A stretch of DNA of 63,991 bases, counting the filler, from a bacterium (lineage in GTDB: Bacteria > UBA9089 > CG2-30-40-21 > SBAY01), in the NCBI GenBank assembly GCA_040757115.1. It is 6 parts of 6 records of this genome, joined end to end, with 100 filler letters (N's around TTAATTAATTAA, not from the genome) between each part and the next. Parts side by side here need not be neighbours in the genome. Positions count along the whole stretch, not along the records: positions 30,798 to 37,514 come from JBFLYA010000204.1; positions 37,615 to 44,328 come from JBFLYA010000205.1; 4 more parts are not named here. One strand, given 5' to 3'. Of the stretch, positions 31,402 to 43,775 are shown piece by piece. Position numbers and translations under genes: made by a program. Numbering within the stretch: the stretch's first letter is position 1; each line of letters opens with the position of its first letter. A model generated the notes under the pieces. The model searched no databases. It was not told where the DNA came from and saw only the letters and a program-made list of their open reading frames with translations.

Positions 31402-32883
31402 CTATTCGTTTAATATCTTACCTTTTTCAATTGCACTCAGGAATGCCCTGGTTACCTGTGGGTCAAATTGGATATTTGAATACTTTTTTATCTCGGCAAT
31501 GGCATAGTCTATAGTAAACTTGTCCCGATAAGGTCTATTTGAAGTCATCGCATCAAATGTATCGGCAATAGCTAATATCCTGCTGCCAAGAGGTATATCT
31601 TTTCCTTTTAATCCGTTAGGATAGCCTCTACCCTCAAATCGTTCATGATGATGGAGTATGATGGGAACAACCTCTTCCATTTGTCTTATTGTGCCTATAA
31701 TTTGAGCACTTATGGTGGGATGTTTTTTTATCTCGCTATATTCTTTTTCATTTAATTTTGATGGTTTATGCAAAATTTCCTCCGGAATACCTATTTTACC
31801 CACATCATGTAAAAGCCCGGCTAAATATATTATTTCTTTTTCCTTAAACGAAAGATTAAGTTCCTCAGCTATGGCTAAGGCTATTTTGCTTACTCTTTCA
31901 GAATGACCGTAGGTATAAGTATCTTTTGCATCGATGGTTGAGGATAGAGATTTAACCGTATTGAAAAAGAGTTCTTTAGCATCTGTAAATAGCCAGAAAT
32001 TTTTAATCGCTATTGCCCCTTGAGTAGCCATAGCGGTAAGCAATTTTAAATCCCGTGATGTAAAAATACTGCGGTCTATTTTATCGGTCAAATTTATGAC
32101 ACCAATAATCTCTCCGACTGCCTTCAAAGGAACCGATATTATTGGCAGACTAATAAACGATTTAGTTTTATATCTTTTCATTCTTTCTTCTTCAGAGAGA
32201 TTTTCTGCCTCTGCATCCGAGACAATCAAGGGTTTCCCCTCTTTTACGACCTTGCCCGCAACTCCTTCTCCTACCTTTATTCGAGTATTTTTGACTATTT
32301 CTTGAGGGATGCCATGAGCGGCAACAATTTTAAGAAATTCACGCTCACGGTCAAGAAGCATTAATGATGCCCGTTCTACTCGGATTATCTCTACTGCCTT
32401 TTCCACTAACATTTGACATATTTCATCTACATCAAATATATTACTTACGGTCCTGGCTATCTCGTATAAAAGATTTAATTCTTCATAAAGCACTCCCACT
32501 TCTTTAGCCATATCTTCTTTATTTATAAAGTTTTGGATAATATCATTGATTAACAGAATATTCTGTTTAATCTCTTGTTTTTTACTGGATAGCCCACAAC
32601 CGATTAAAACCCCAATTGTTCCTTCATTAGTAATTATAGGTAATCCTACTCTTAAATATTCAGTATCACATTCTTGGACACAGGATTGACCTGAACTCAT
32701 TACCTCAGAGAGGATAGAAAGGTGATTACCCATACATCTTCCTTTATGTTTAATCAATTCACAAAGTTTAGTGCTCTGAAATACCTGTTGGTTAGAATCA
32801 ACAATAAATAAAGGGATACCTGTTATTTGGGCAAGTTTATTTAATAAATCTGTTTTTTGTAGGAATTCTTGAATATACATCAT
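31402..32883 (-). CDS. PocR-like sensor + GAF + HD-GYP phosphodiesterase
   Basis: Cys-containing PocR-like N-terminus, GAF (GEGVAGKV...GVINL.DK), HSERVS, LLHDVGKIG, HHERFEGRGYP. Confidence 0.88.
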   Translation of the reverse strand: MMYIQEFLQKTDLLNKLAQITGIPLFIVDSNQQVFQSTKLCELIKHKGRCMGNHLSILSEVMSSGQSCVQECDTEYLRVGLPIITNEGTIGVLIGCGLSSKKQEIKQNILLINDIIQNFINKEDMAKEVGVLYEELNLLYEIARTVSNIFDVDEICQMLVEKAVEIIRVERASLMLLDREREFLKIVAAHGIPQEIVKNTRIKVGEGVAGKVVKEGKPLIVSDAEAENLSEEERMKRYKTKSFISLPIISVPLKAVGEIIGVINLTDKIDRSIFTSRDLKLLTAMATQGAIAIKNFWLFTDAKELFFNTVKSLSSTIDAKDTYTYGHSERVSKIALAIAEELNLSFKEKEIIYLAGLLHDVGKIGIPEEILHKPSKLNEKEYSEIKKHPTISAQIIGTIRQMEEVVPIILHHHERFEGRGYPNGLKGKDIPLGSRILAIADTFDAMTSNRPYRDKFTIDYAIAEIKKYSNIQFDPQVTRAFLSAIEKGKILNE

Positions 32884-32964
32884 AATACCTCAAATAGTAA
32901 CTATTACAAGATGCTTGTGTTACTTTACCCATCAATTGAGTAGCGACCAAGCATTGTCTACTCT

Positions 32965-33441
32965 TTATATATGGTCAAGGAGATTAGCCGCTGGAGACTC
33001 AGGTGAAGTTCTTACTTCAAGTTCAATTCCATAATTAGCGGCTAATTGACGACATACCTGCATTTCTTCATCATTCATTGAAATAGAAGGAAATAACTGT
33101 TTTCTGTCCGGTGTAAATTTCATTCCTCCGACATTTATATTTTTAATAGAGACACCCTCCTGGACTAATTGCAGGGCATCTTTCGGATTAGAAATAAGTA
33201 ATATGGTAGGAAGTATGTCAAATTGTCCTTTTTTGATTAAGTCAGCGGCTTCATTGATAGTGAGAATAAATATCTTTATTTCATCTGGGGTAGCTATCCT
33301 CATTAATTTCTTTTGAGGTTCATTTTTAGCGACTTTATCGTTGGCAACTACGATTTGTTTGCACCTTAATGCCCTTGCCCAGCCGATGATGACTAAGCCA
33401 TGAATAAATCTATCATCAATTCGAATTAAATCTATAGCCAT
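32965..33441 (-). CDS. PTS mannose/fructose/sorbose family IIB
   Basis: RIDDRFIHG, INVGGM. Confidence 0.92.
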   Translation of the reverse strand: MAIDLIRIDDRFIHGLVIIGWARALRCKQIVVANDKVAKNEPQKKLMRIATPDEIKIFILTINEAADLIKKGQFDILPTILLISNPKDALQLVQEGVSIKNINVGGMKFTPDRKQLFPSISMNDEEMQVCRQLAANYGIELEVRTSPESPAANLLDHI

Positions 33442-33471
33442 GATAATTATCTTAGAATAATATTCCCTATT

Positions 33472-33876
33472 TTATTCTTTTTTCCCCTTCAATAGTTCTC
33501 TCAGACTTACAATATCTTTTCTTGATGATTCTTTGGCTTTTTTAACTGCCTGGTGTAAATCTAAATCTTGATGAGACATAAGACTGATAATCATCGGTAA
33601 ATTTACTCCACAAATTACCTCAATTCCTTTTTGTTCAAGAAACTCACCAGCTACTTTTGAACAACTACCGTGAAGTAAATCTGTTAATAGGACTACACCA
33701 TCTCCTTTATCTACTTTTTTAATGGCATTTGAAATTTTGTTAGATAAATCATCCAATCCTTCACTCGGGAAAAAAGAGACGATTTCTAAATTTTCCTTTT
33801 TAAGCCCTATCCATTGTCCAGTCTCAACAAGTTTAGCCCCTAATTCACCATGTGTAACAATAACTATTCCAATCAT
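33472..33876 (-). CDS. PTS mannose/fructose family IIA
   Basis: IVIVTHG, LLTDLLHGS, GVNLPM. Confidence 0.92.
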   Translation of the reverse strand: MIGIVIVTHGELGAKLVETGQWIGLKKENLEIVSFFPSEGLDDLSNKISNAIKKVDKGDGVVLLTDLLHGSCSKVAGEFLEQKGIEVICGVNLPMIISLMSHQDLDLHQAVKKAKESSRKDIVSLRELLKGKKE

Positions 33877-33896
33877 TTTCTTAATCCTTCTCCATT

Positions 33897-34151
33897 TTAT
33901 CCTTTACTTGAAAAATAGAATGTTACCGCACAACCTAATAAACCAGAGAAGATTGACCAAACAACAAGAACAAGATTAAGCATATCCTTAAAAGAGAATT
34001 TATCTACGGGTAAAATATAAAGAAGGATTGAACCTGAGATGATAGAGATGGTTATCAACACACCCGAAAGCCAGATTAACATTATGATTACTTTTATTCT
34101 TGATTCTTCTCTTTTTACTTCTATTTTTTCGGTTAAAGTTTCTTCAGCCAT
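33897..34151 (-). CDS. Small 2-TM membrane protein
   Basis: Two hydrophobic segments; likely start MAEETL. Confidence 0.6.
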   Translation of the reverse strand: MAEETLTEKIEVKREESRIKVIIMLIWLSGVLITISIISGSILLYILPVDKFSFKDMLNLVLVVWSIFSGLLGCAVTFYFSSKG

Positions 34152-34153
34152 TC

Positions 34154-34411
34154 TTATATTTCCCCTAATTTCCTTGCAGAAAAAATTGTAAATTTCCCAC
34201 ACTTAGGACATATATATGTTACTACAGGAACACCTCTATCAATATCAAGTCTAACTTTTCCACCTGATGTTTTTTCTATTTTTGACAAAACATATAAATC
34301 TTTAACTTTTTTCAATGGTATGTTACACTGCTCACATTTATAAGGTATTAATATCGCAGGCAATTCCTCTACTTCAACAGGTATTCTATCTAATGTAGGA
34401 GTAACAGACAT
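34154..34411 (-). CDS. Small zinc-ribbon protein
   Basis: CEQC...CPKCG; GGAGG RBS. Confidence 0.65.
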   Translation of the reverse strand: MSVTPTLDRIPVEVEELPAILIPYKCEQCNIPLKKVKDLYVLSKIEKTSGGKVRLDIDRGVPVVTYICPKCGKFTIFSARKLGEI

Positions 34412-34472
34412 TCTTTTCCACCTCCTTTATCCCCCGCCAGCGGGGAACATTCTAACCAAATTGTTCTTTATT

Positions 34473-35741
<1,269 letters not shown>

Positions 35742-35754
35742 TTATTGGTTAAAT

Positions 35755-36043
35755 TAGAGTTCTGCAAAACCAGGAAACTGTAGTTTTTAAGCGGGTATTC
35801 AAAAAGCAAAATGCAAAAAGCAAATATAAAAATTACATATCAAAATGTAAAATTATCTCTTTCCTTTCAGCGTTAAAATACTTGAAGCAAAGATATTACC
35901 AAATTCCTCCAACTCTTTGAAAAACTATGCTACTTCCTTTTTGAAATTTGATTTGTAATTTTGCATTTTGATATTTGATATTTGATATTTAATATTTAAT
36001 ATTTATTTGTTGTCTCCCACAAATCCTATTTTGCAGAACCCTA
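35755..36043. mobile_element. MITE with TSD carrying a four-helix-bundle gene remnant, copy 1
   Basis: TIR TAGAGTTCTGCAAAA / TTTTGCAGAACCCTA; flanking direct repeat TTGGTTAAAT; minus strand encodes KELEEFGNIFASSILTLKGKR*. Confidence 0.8.
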
Positions 36044-36058
36044 TTGGTTAAATACCAA

Positions 36059-37198
36059 TTACACCTTATTCTTCAACAATTCAACCTTATCTGTTTTTTC
36101 CCAGGTGAATTCTTCTTCTTCTCGACCAAAATGTCCATAAGCCGCTGTTTTACAATAAATTGGTCTAAGAAGATTTAGATGATTGATTATCCCTTTCGGA
36201 GTAAGTGGAAAGACCTCTCTGATTAATTTTACTAATTTTTCATCTTCAATTTTTCCGCTACCGTAGGTATTAACCATAATGGATACCGGGTCAGCGACAC
36301 CGATAGCATAGGATAATTGAACTTCACATGCACAGGCTAATTCTGCGGCAACGATATTTTTGGCGATGTATCGTGCCATATAGCATGCGGAGCGGTCAAC
36401 CTTGGTTGGGTCTTTACCTGAAAAACAACCACCACCATGTCTTCCCCAACCACCATAGGTATCGACCATTATTTTTCTGCCAGTAAGTCCTGTATCTCCT
36501 ACCGGACCTCCAATCTCAAATCTCCCTGTTGGATTGATAAAAAACTTAGTTTGCTTATCCAGAAAATCAGCCTGAATAGTTTTTTTAATTACCTCCTCAA
36601 TCACTCCTTCTCGAATATTTTCTATGGTTGCTTCTGGGTGATGTTGGGCAGATATAATCACCGTATCTATCCTTGCTGGTTGCCCATTTTTATATTCTAC
36701 GGTTACCTGGGATTTTCCATCAGGTCTCAGAAAATCAAGAATTCCTCTTTTGCGGACATACGCTAATCGCTTAACTAATTTGTGGGCTAACATAATAGGT
36801 AATGGCATCAATTCTTGAGTTTCATTTATGGCATAGCCAAACATCATTCCCTGGTCACCAGCCCCTTCTTTATCCACACCTAAGGCAATATCTGCGGATT
36901 GTTCGTTAATACAGGTTAATATTGCACAATCTTGATAATCAAATCCATAGTCAGGAACAGTATATCCTGTGGATTTAATTACTTCCCTTGCTACCTTAGG
37001 TATTTCTACATAACAATCAGTGGTAATCTCACCGGCAACTAAAACTAAACCCATTCCGACTAATACTTCACACGCTACCCTTCCTTTTGGGTCATTGGCT
37101 AAAATTGCATCCAAAACTCCATCTGATATTTGGTCGGCAATTTTATCCGGATGCCCTTCTGTTACAGATTCAGAAGTAAATAAAAAGTTTTTTCCCAT
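36059..37198 (-). CDS. metK: S-adenosylmethionine synthetase
   Basis: [35 protein letters not shown]. Confidence 0.98.
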   Translation of the reverse strand: MGKNFLFTSESVTEGHPDKIADQISDGVLDAILANDPKGRVACEVLVGMGLVLVAGEITTDCYVEIPKVAREVIKSTGYTVPDYGFDYQDCAILTCINEQSADIALGVDKEGAGDQGMMFGYAINETQELMPLPIMLAHKLVKRLAYVRKRGILDFLRPDGKSQVTVEYKNGQPARIDTVIISAQHHPEATIENIREGVIEEVIKKTIQADFLDKQTKFFINPTGRFEIGGPVGDTGLTGRKIMVDTYGGWGRHGGGCFSGKDPTKVDRSACYMARYIAKNIVAAELACACEVQLSYAIGVADPVSIMVNTYGSGKIEDEKLVKLIREVFPLTPKGIINHLNLLRPIYCKTAAYGHFGREEEEFTWEKTDKVELLKNKV

Positions 37199-37286
37199 TT
37201 TTGGTATTTTCCTCCTTTTGTGCTTTTGATGTTGTTAGTTTATCATAAATCAATTAAATTTGCAACTACTTTTTTTATAAATTCTG

Positions 37287-37514
37287 GTAACCGTTCACCG
37301 CAAGATGCCACAGAGACGCAGAGAAGAAAATTAAAATTTATTTACGATACGCTTAACATCCCTGATTTTCATCAGGGATGGATTAACAAATCGGTGGTGT
37401 CTGAAAATAACTCTAATAGTGAAATCTATGCAGATTTGGTGTCCAAAAGGGATTTCCTCCAAAGAGCAAAATGCAAAAAGCAAATATAAAAATTACATAT
37501 CAAAATGTAAAATT
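37287..37514 (+). repeat. Nested MITE fragments at a contig end
   Basis: GTAACCGTTCAC end, then sequence matching 60234-60297. Confidence 0.6.
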
Positions 37515-37614
37515 NNNNNNNNNNNNNNNNNNNNNNNNNNNNNNNNNNNNNNNNNNNNTTAATTAATTAANNNNNNNNNNNNNNNNNNNNNNNNNNNNNN
37601 NNNNNNNNNNNNNN

Positions 37615-37702
37615 AAACGGTTTCAAGCAGTCCTGGTCCAAGTTCCTTATGCACCGCAACCGCAACATCAACTATGATTTTCCCGATTTCATTTTCATTC
37701 AT
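37615..37702 (-). CDS. GxxExxY protein, 5' part (runs into gap)
   Basis: MNENEIGKIIVDVAVAVHKELGPGLLETV. Confidence 0.8.
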
Positions 37703-37741
37703 CTTTGTGTCCTTTGCGTCTCTGTGTGAGTATTTTTATTA

Positions 37742-37873
37742 GTCTAACGATAGAGTTCAGGTGCGGCGGGGAGAATTACCACAAAAGTTTGATAGCAAGA
37801 TAAAACTTTGAGAGACTACAAAACTCTGACCACGGCACAGTCCCCCGCCGTCAACTGCAACGCAGGGTTAGAC
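37742..37873 (-). other. Integron attC site 1
   Basis: Minus strand GTCTAAC-5-GTTGCAG...CTGAAC-6-GTTAGAC, imperfect palindrome with unpaired bases, 132 bp. Confidence 0.88.
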
Positions 37874-37898
37874 AAAAGCTTCTAATGAACCAGTCTCA

Positions 37899-38921
37899 TC
37901 AAGAGGTTGATATTGCTCGTCCCCAGCTATCAAATGCACGAACATTACTGATCCCTGTTAAATCCAATTGCATCCCCCAGATATTCCTTCTGGCATCATC
38001 TGATAGTTTCCAAAATTCTCTTTGCTTCATTTCAGTTATAAAGTGCTTTCGGATAGTACAACTCTCAAGGATATGAGAATAGGCAAATGTAGCAAGTTGC
38101 TCCATCTGACGAGTTCGGTGTAAGGCAACCATTTTTCTGTCATGTTCAGGATACGACACTACTGCTTCCTTCCAATCATTGAGATGCTCAGTCATACTGC
38201 GCAACTCAAATGCTTCTTCTATGATTTGTTTTGTATGCGTACTCGCTTTTGCGAATGTTTGACATCGATGTGTAAACTGTCGCTTAGTTTTGCCGACTTC
38301 TGGCAAAATCAGTGCTTCTAATGACCGAACAAATTGATGGATTCGCTCGTCACTATGCTCTTTTTGCAAACCATCCATTAGTACCCTCCAACCCCATTTC
38401 AAGCGTTTGAAATCATTAGGGGAAGAGTCCATTTCATCACGGGACTTTCTCAGTTGAACAGCTTTCTCCAGACGCTCTATGGTTACAGGGGTTCGAGAGT
38501 AACCCCTCGTTTGATAGAAAAACGGAAACTCACTCATTTGGCGAATCTCGGACTTTCCGTCAAAAAAAGATCCACACAGCAGGTTTGCACCCTCGTACTC
38601 TATGACCCCAGAAAGTTGTAATAAGCAGAAAGTTTGCGAAAGCCTTTTTTGGAGTTTCTTATGGTGTTCATCGAGCACCTGTGGATTTGCACTACCTTCA
38701 CTGACGATCATGATGAGATTGGAGTTTTCCAATCGCTCCAAGCGAATTGTCCCGATCCACTCTTTCCAATGAGTATCGATTATTACCGGTAATCGGACAC
38801 AAATCCATGTTCCATCAGATAATCGGTGTTGGTAGTTTTGATCATCCGGAAAATCGGTGTAAACGTTCTCAACTGATAGTAGCGCAAACTTACCTTGTCC
38901 TACGAACGAAAGTTCAGCCAT
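37899..38921 (-). CDS. Cassette-borne protein with putative C-terminal HEPN (ApeA-like) domain
   Basis: FVRSLEALIL...ELRSMTEH (RxxxxH); lies between two attC sites. Confidence 0.6.
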   Translation of the reverse strand: MAELSFVGQGKFALLSVENVYTDFPDDQNYQHRLSDGTWICVRLPVIIDTHWKEWIGTIRLERLENSNLIMIVSEGSANPQVLDEHHKKLQKRLSQTFCLLQLSGVIEYEGANLLCGSFFDGKSEIRQMSEFPFFYQTRGYSRTPVTIERLEKAVQLRKSRDEMDSSPNDFKRLKWGWRVLMDGLQKEHSDERIHQFVRSLEALILPEVGKTKRQFTHRCQTFAKASTHTKQIIEEAFELRSMTEHLNDWKEAVVSYPEHDRKMVALHRTRQMEQLATFAYSHILESCTIRKHFITEMKQREFWKLSDDARRNIWGMQLDLTGISNVRAFDSWGRAISTS

Positions 38922-38950
38922 TTCCTAACAACCTTCCATCCTCTAAAGTG

Positions 38951-39081
38951 GCCTAACGATAGAGCTCACCTGCTGCGGGGCGGATTACCACCAAACTTTG
39001 TAAACAAGATAAAAGATTGAGATACCACAAAACTCTAATTACGGTACAGCCCCCGCAGTCAGGTGCAGCGCCGGGTTAGGC
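38951..39081 (-). other. Integron attC site 2
   Basis: Minus strand GCCTAAC-5-GCTGCACCTGAC...CAGGTGAGC-6-GTTAGGC, 131 bp; homologous to attC1 and attC3. Confidence 0.88.
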
Positions 39082-39095
39082 AATATCCCCTGGAC

Positions 39096-39320
39096 TCAAG
39101 GTCTCCTCTGCTTGATTAGATTTTGCTCTCCTCTGTAGTTCCTATTTACGGTTGTAGTATGTCTCTCGTCCTTCGTTTTGGTTGTGGTTCCTGGTCCCTC
39201 GACCGCATACCCTAGTTCTCTGTGGATGCTGACCGCTATCTGATTTTCTCTGGTTCGTCTCTGCGGGAATGCTGTGAGAAACCTTCCTCCTGGTTGCCGC
39301 AACAGCTGTAATTGGATCAT
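39096..39320 (-). CDS. Small hypothetical cassette ORF (possibly degenerate)
   Basis: Fills the space between the attI-like site and attC2. Confidence 0.4.
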   Translation of the reverse strand: MIQLQLLRQPGGRFLTAFPQRRTRENQIAVSIHRELGYAVEGPGTTTKTKDERHTTTVNRNYRGEQNLIKQRRP

Positions 39321-39342
39321 AATTTATGCGACGGATTCAAGT

Positions 39343-39361
39343 GCCTAACCTTAGATTAGGC
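39343..39361 (-). other. attI-like simple site
   Basis: Minus strand GCCTAAT-CTAAG-GTTAGGC; same spacer as 44131-44149. Confidence 0.55.
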
Positions 39362-39417
39362 AAAAATTAACCCCTCAATCGTCTCTAATAAAGTAGCCTG
39401 TCCCCTTTTCCCTTTTA

Positions 39418-39849
39418 TTAAAAGTCAAGTTTTAACTGGCGTCTGTCTTCTTCTGCTCTTTGATATTGGATGTATTTCTGTATAGTTTGTGCAGTTACTT
39501 TGTCGCCGGTTGCACGTACAAAATATCCATCGCTCCACATTTCACCGCCCCAAAGTGACTTACGAAGCTTAGGAAATTCTTCAAATAGTTTTATAGCAGA
39601 AATGCTTTTTAGAATTTGTACCAACCGTGAAACGCTATAGCGAGGAGGTGCTGAAACAAAAAGATGAACATGGTCTTTCTCTATGCCTTGTTCCAAGATT
39701 TCAAATCCATAGCGTTCGGCTATTCCTTGAAATATTTCTTTAAGTCGTTCTGCTATTTTGTCGTCAAGTACTACTCGTCTATACTTCGGTATCCAGACAA
39801 AATGATATTTGAGTTCATATACAGCGTGACTTGCTCGTCTTAGCTCCAC
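39418..39849 (-). mobile_element. tnpA: IS200/IS605 family transposase
   Basis: HAVYELKYHFVWIPKYR, DHVH, MWSDGYFV, IQKYIQYQ. Confidence 0.92.
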
Positions 39850-42600
39850 ATGAGTTCCAGAAAGTAACGACTCGCTCTGACTGATGACGGTGACGTATGC
39901 TCGTGAATTGATGCCATTGGGAACTTCGCAGGTAAACTTCACTTGATTTTCACCTGGTTCGAGAATAGGCACATCGCCTTGGGGCGTCACTTCGCTGATT
40001 AGTTCGCCTTTGGGACCATAGAGTTTACAGTCGGACATCGAGTGGAACTCCAGATAACATCCACTTTCGATTTCTAGAGGAAAATACATCGTCTTGTCGC
40101 CGATGGTGACGGCAGGATTGCAAAGTTTTACATTGACCAGAGGTAACGCCCGGATTGAGCTTAGATAGCAGGTGACCGTTTTGTTAGGCGGAAGGTTGTT
40201 GTACCAAAGGCTTAGGGATTCCATCTGACTGTAGTTTACGGATTCGCGGTAGATTGAATAAATGCTACCGTAAGGCCACGAGTAGTCGGCATAGCGTTCT
40301 CCCTCCGGTTCGATTAGTTCAAAATAACGCCAACCTGTAAAATCGACTATCACGTAATGCTCACCAATCCCACTAACGAGATGTTCGGGACTTCTCACCT
40401 GGAAATTCAAAACTTCTCCCTGACCATCGCCGTGGATCCAAACTCCCATGCCCTGTTGCTGGCTGAGGTCTAACGGTGGCGAAAACTTCTTGCCCATTTT
40501 AGTCCATGTGCCTTGTCGATTTTCCAGATTACTTGACGCGGTATAGCGTCCACTTATTTGTCCAAACTTCACTTTCACTGACGAAGGTTGTAGTTCTGCG
40601 GTAATTCCCGATGCTGTATCTTGTTCTGAAAAATCACCAACATCGGTGAAGTCCGTTAGTATCGCATTTTCTGGGTCATCATACGGTCCTGCCGACATCA
40701 GTGATTCGATGCGCAGTTGCACCGGTTGTTCGCCAAACTTATTGTGCGTTTTCCAAACGTTGCTCCATCCGTCGATGCCCTCCACTTTGTGTTTGACATA
40801 CTGAATCGGCCTCAACTTCCATTCTCCGTCGTCGCTTTGTATTAATTTGAACTCATCGCCGGGAACTCTCAACTTTGCTTTGACAGATTCAGGAAAATAA
40901 TTCGCGTGGCGCAGATTTTCATATCTTTTCATGATGGCGGCTAATCTTGGCAAGGCGGGAATATTGGAGACATTATCGGGGTTAATTCCCATGATGGCTA
41001 AACCTGTATCAGTGCTGAGACATTTGCCGCACAGATATTCTATATCATCAGCGAAGGTCGGTTCACCCTGCTGATTAGACCAAGTTTTAAACGCCCACCA
41101 CCCAAGTTGCCCTGGTAAAAACATGCGGCGGCATTCTTCGTTGGCTTCGCAGTGGATGTCGATGAACTTTTTGTGGCTGCGCGTCGGATGGTCCCAAGCT
41201 CCCAGACGAGAACGGACATACCAGAGGTGATGGTGGAACGTGCTCATCTCCATAGCCGCCGGTCTTTTCAAATGTTTCCAAATCTCAAATACGTACTTCG
41301 ACCCGTAGTGCCAGCCATTTTCCCAACCACCCAAGACATCCTCTCCATCCAGAGCATCCAGATACATCATGTCAAATCCACCTTCATTGAAGGCTTCCGC
41401 CGTCTTGGCCGCCACTTCGGAAAGAAGCGTCGAATCTCCATCTGGCGCAAATAGACCGAAGCATTCTTTTAGATGATGTACCTTTGCGCCTTTATTATGG
41501 GGCGAGGGTTTCGTACCACAAGCGCCGCGTTGGCAACCGGTGAAAGCGTAAGAAGACTCTTTGGAAACGCCGCTGTAGGTAATGAGTTCGTCGTTTATCT
41601 GAAGCGTCACGCTGTTGCGCACGAAAAATCCCGTGATAGCGGACATATCCTGCGTCGACTCGACTACTGGCACTTGGTCTGAATCCGCCGTCAAGGATTC
41701 CGCCAAAGTAAATGTCGCATCCTTCGCCAGCCGTGGGTCGGGCACAGGTGTCACCCAGGGACAGCTTTTGTCGATAAAAAACGCATACGTATGCAAACCA
41801 GCCATAATTCCCGCTTCATGTAGCTTATCTGTCACGGCTCTGAGACTGGCAAGTCCGCTCGGGTAAGTCTCTGGATTGGGTCGGCAGTCTCCGAATCGGA
41901 ATGATTTGCCTCCGTGAAAATCGATTTGATTGATTCCGAGACTTTGTGCCAATTGAATCCAATCGTCCACCTTCTCTTCTGAAAGATTACCGAAGTTGAA
42001 CAGGTATGAGCCTTTGCTGATTTCAGCGTCCAACGCCCACGGCCCGCCTACGGGCGACTGCGGCAACTCTTCGGCGGCGCTAACTACCTCCTGCATGACC
42101 CGACGGAGTTCGCTCTGAGGACATCCGATTATCGCAACTTTTGCTCCAGCAAAACCAAATTTCGGGTAGCACATCGCCCTTAGACGACTATTCGCACGAG
42201 GCAATTCATGAACATTGGTTTGCAGATTCAACGCAAGCGTGCAACCGGCGAACGGTTCTTCTGGAATTCCTTGAAGTGTGAGCGGAAGGTCAACAAATGT
42301 CAACTCTTCAACCTGTTCACCTGTCACAGATAAAACCTCCAGAACGAAATAGTGTTCCTTCGCCGTTACTCCTATCACAACGCTGACTTTCGATTCACCG
42401 AAGCGAACAGTTATTTTCCCGGCAGCGTATGATGCCTCAGAAGCATTGAATTCCTTATTCTCTTTCTTCACCCGTGCGAACGATGACTTAGGCTCTTGGA
42501 CGCAATAATCTGTGTTAGTCCGGTTGTCGATGAAATGAAGATTAGTGCCATCTGACCCGATAACGTATCGGGCGTACTTATTCTCGATTGAGATAGTCAT
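39850..42600 (-). CDS. Large glycoside-hydrolase-like protein with CBM11-like module, reading in frame into tnpA
   Basis: GGAGGG RBS before MTISIENK; TIM-barrel-like segments (AGIMAGLHTY, FDMMYLDALDG); LDLSQQQGMGVWIHGDGQG; visibly higher GC than flanks. Confidence 0.6.
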
Positions 42601-42725
42601 GATTCCCTCCTCTTCCCTACCGAGCCATTTTGTGAAGTAATTCGGAAGTCTAAAATGAAAACTCAGTTTCTGGGTTTCAACTGTAATTCTCCAGATATTC
42701 CTTAAAAGCTTCGCCCAATTTTTGA

Positions 42726-42829
42726 ACTGATAGGAAATTACTTTTTGGTGCATTTTGGATGTTACCTTCAGTTTTGCCCGTTATGGGAATATTTTACCAA
42801 AATCTTTCCCTATGGTCAACAAAAATTTT
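42726..42829 (-). promoter_or_regulatory. Promoter/leader module homologous to 4801-4936
   Basis: TTGTTGACCATAGG...TGGTAAAAT...TGAAGGTAACATCCAAA...AATTTCCTATCAGT shared. Confidence 0.7.
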
Positions 42830-43080
42830 TAACTGATCACCAAAAAAAGATCAAAAATTAGGTTCAAAAATAAGTTTGATGAGACAAAAACGAGAAAGTT
42901 TCATTTTAGCCATCAGATTTTGGACACACTTATCCTGCATGGTATGCTGAGGGGAGGAAAGTAGGATTACAAAACAGGTGAGAATTTAGGAAGGTTATCA
43001 TCCACCAGAGGCATTTGCCATCATAAAACCACTTCTTAGGTTTTGGCATGGTCTTCAGGATTTCCTCAATCTCTTCTTCT

Positions 43081-43227
43081 TTATAGACAATTTAATGCTA
43101 TCCCTGCAAGAGCCATTTCTCTGGCCAGGCATTGTTCGTAAGTAGATTCAAGTAAACCTGGGTCAAGAGCTCGATGCACCTCTATAGCACATCCAATAAT
43201 TTTATTTGATAATGCATCAAATTTCAC
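43081..43227 (-). pseudogene. Truncated GxxExxY gene just downstream of attC3
   Basis: [38 protein letters not shown]...*. Confidence 0.8.
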
Positions 43228-43257
43228 TTCGTGCCTTTCGTGGTTTAATCTCTTTTA

Positions 43258-43389
43258 GTCTAACGATAGAGTTCAGCGGCGGCGGGGAGGATTGCCACTA
43301 AACTTTGTAACCACGATTACCTATTGAAATACTACAAAACTTTCAATCACGGCACAGCCCCCGCCGTCCGCTGCAACGATTTGTTAGGC
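43258..43389 (-). other. Integron attC site 3
   Basis: Minus strand GCCTAAC-AAATC-GTTGCAGCGGACGG...CCGCCGCTGAAC-TCTATC-GTTAGAC, 132 bp. Confidence 0.9.
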
Positions 43390-43520
43390 TTACCTTCTTC
43401 TACTAATTCTCACTGTTTTTCTGTAACTATTTTTAACTGAAAGACAAAGAGTATCCTCTTCTCCCCTTCTAACCCATTACAATGGGAGAGTGCCATTCCC
43501 AAACTATCTTATTCTTTAGG

Positions 43521-43760
43521 TCAAGCATGAACCATTATACCAGCTTTTGTCCTTGTGTGCCTCTTAGCAAAAGTTGGAGAATAGGCTTCAATTCTGCGCA
43601 TAGCTTGCCTATCATAGACTCTTTCATCACAATCTGGACACACATAGAACTCTAACGATGGAACTGTATAGGATCGCCCTTGATACTTTTCAGTCCAGTC
43701 CTGCTTTACCTTTTTGATTTTATTACTACCGCAAGATGGACATATTGCAATTTTTATCAT
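43521..43760 (-). CDS. YgiT-type zinc finger (MqsA-like antitoxin N-domain)
   Basis: CPSCGS...YTVPSLEFYVCPDCDERVYD. Confidence 0.8.
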   Translation of the reverse strand: MIKIAICPSCGSNKIKKVKQDWTEKYQGRSYTVPSLEFYVCPDCDERVYDRQAMRRIEAYSPTFAKRHTRTKAGIMVHA

Positions 43761-43775
43761 TGTTCTTATCTCCTT

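Noticed and set aside
37199-37290. SAM riboswitch upstream of metK
   Set aside because: AT-rich short leader with no recognisable SAM-I/II core; further upstream is MITE sequence
42601-42753. N-terminal extension of the 1111-aa ORF
   Set aside because: Overlaps the promoter/leader module; a better start with RBS lies at 42600
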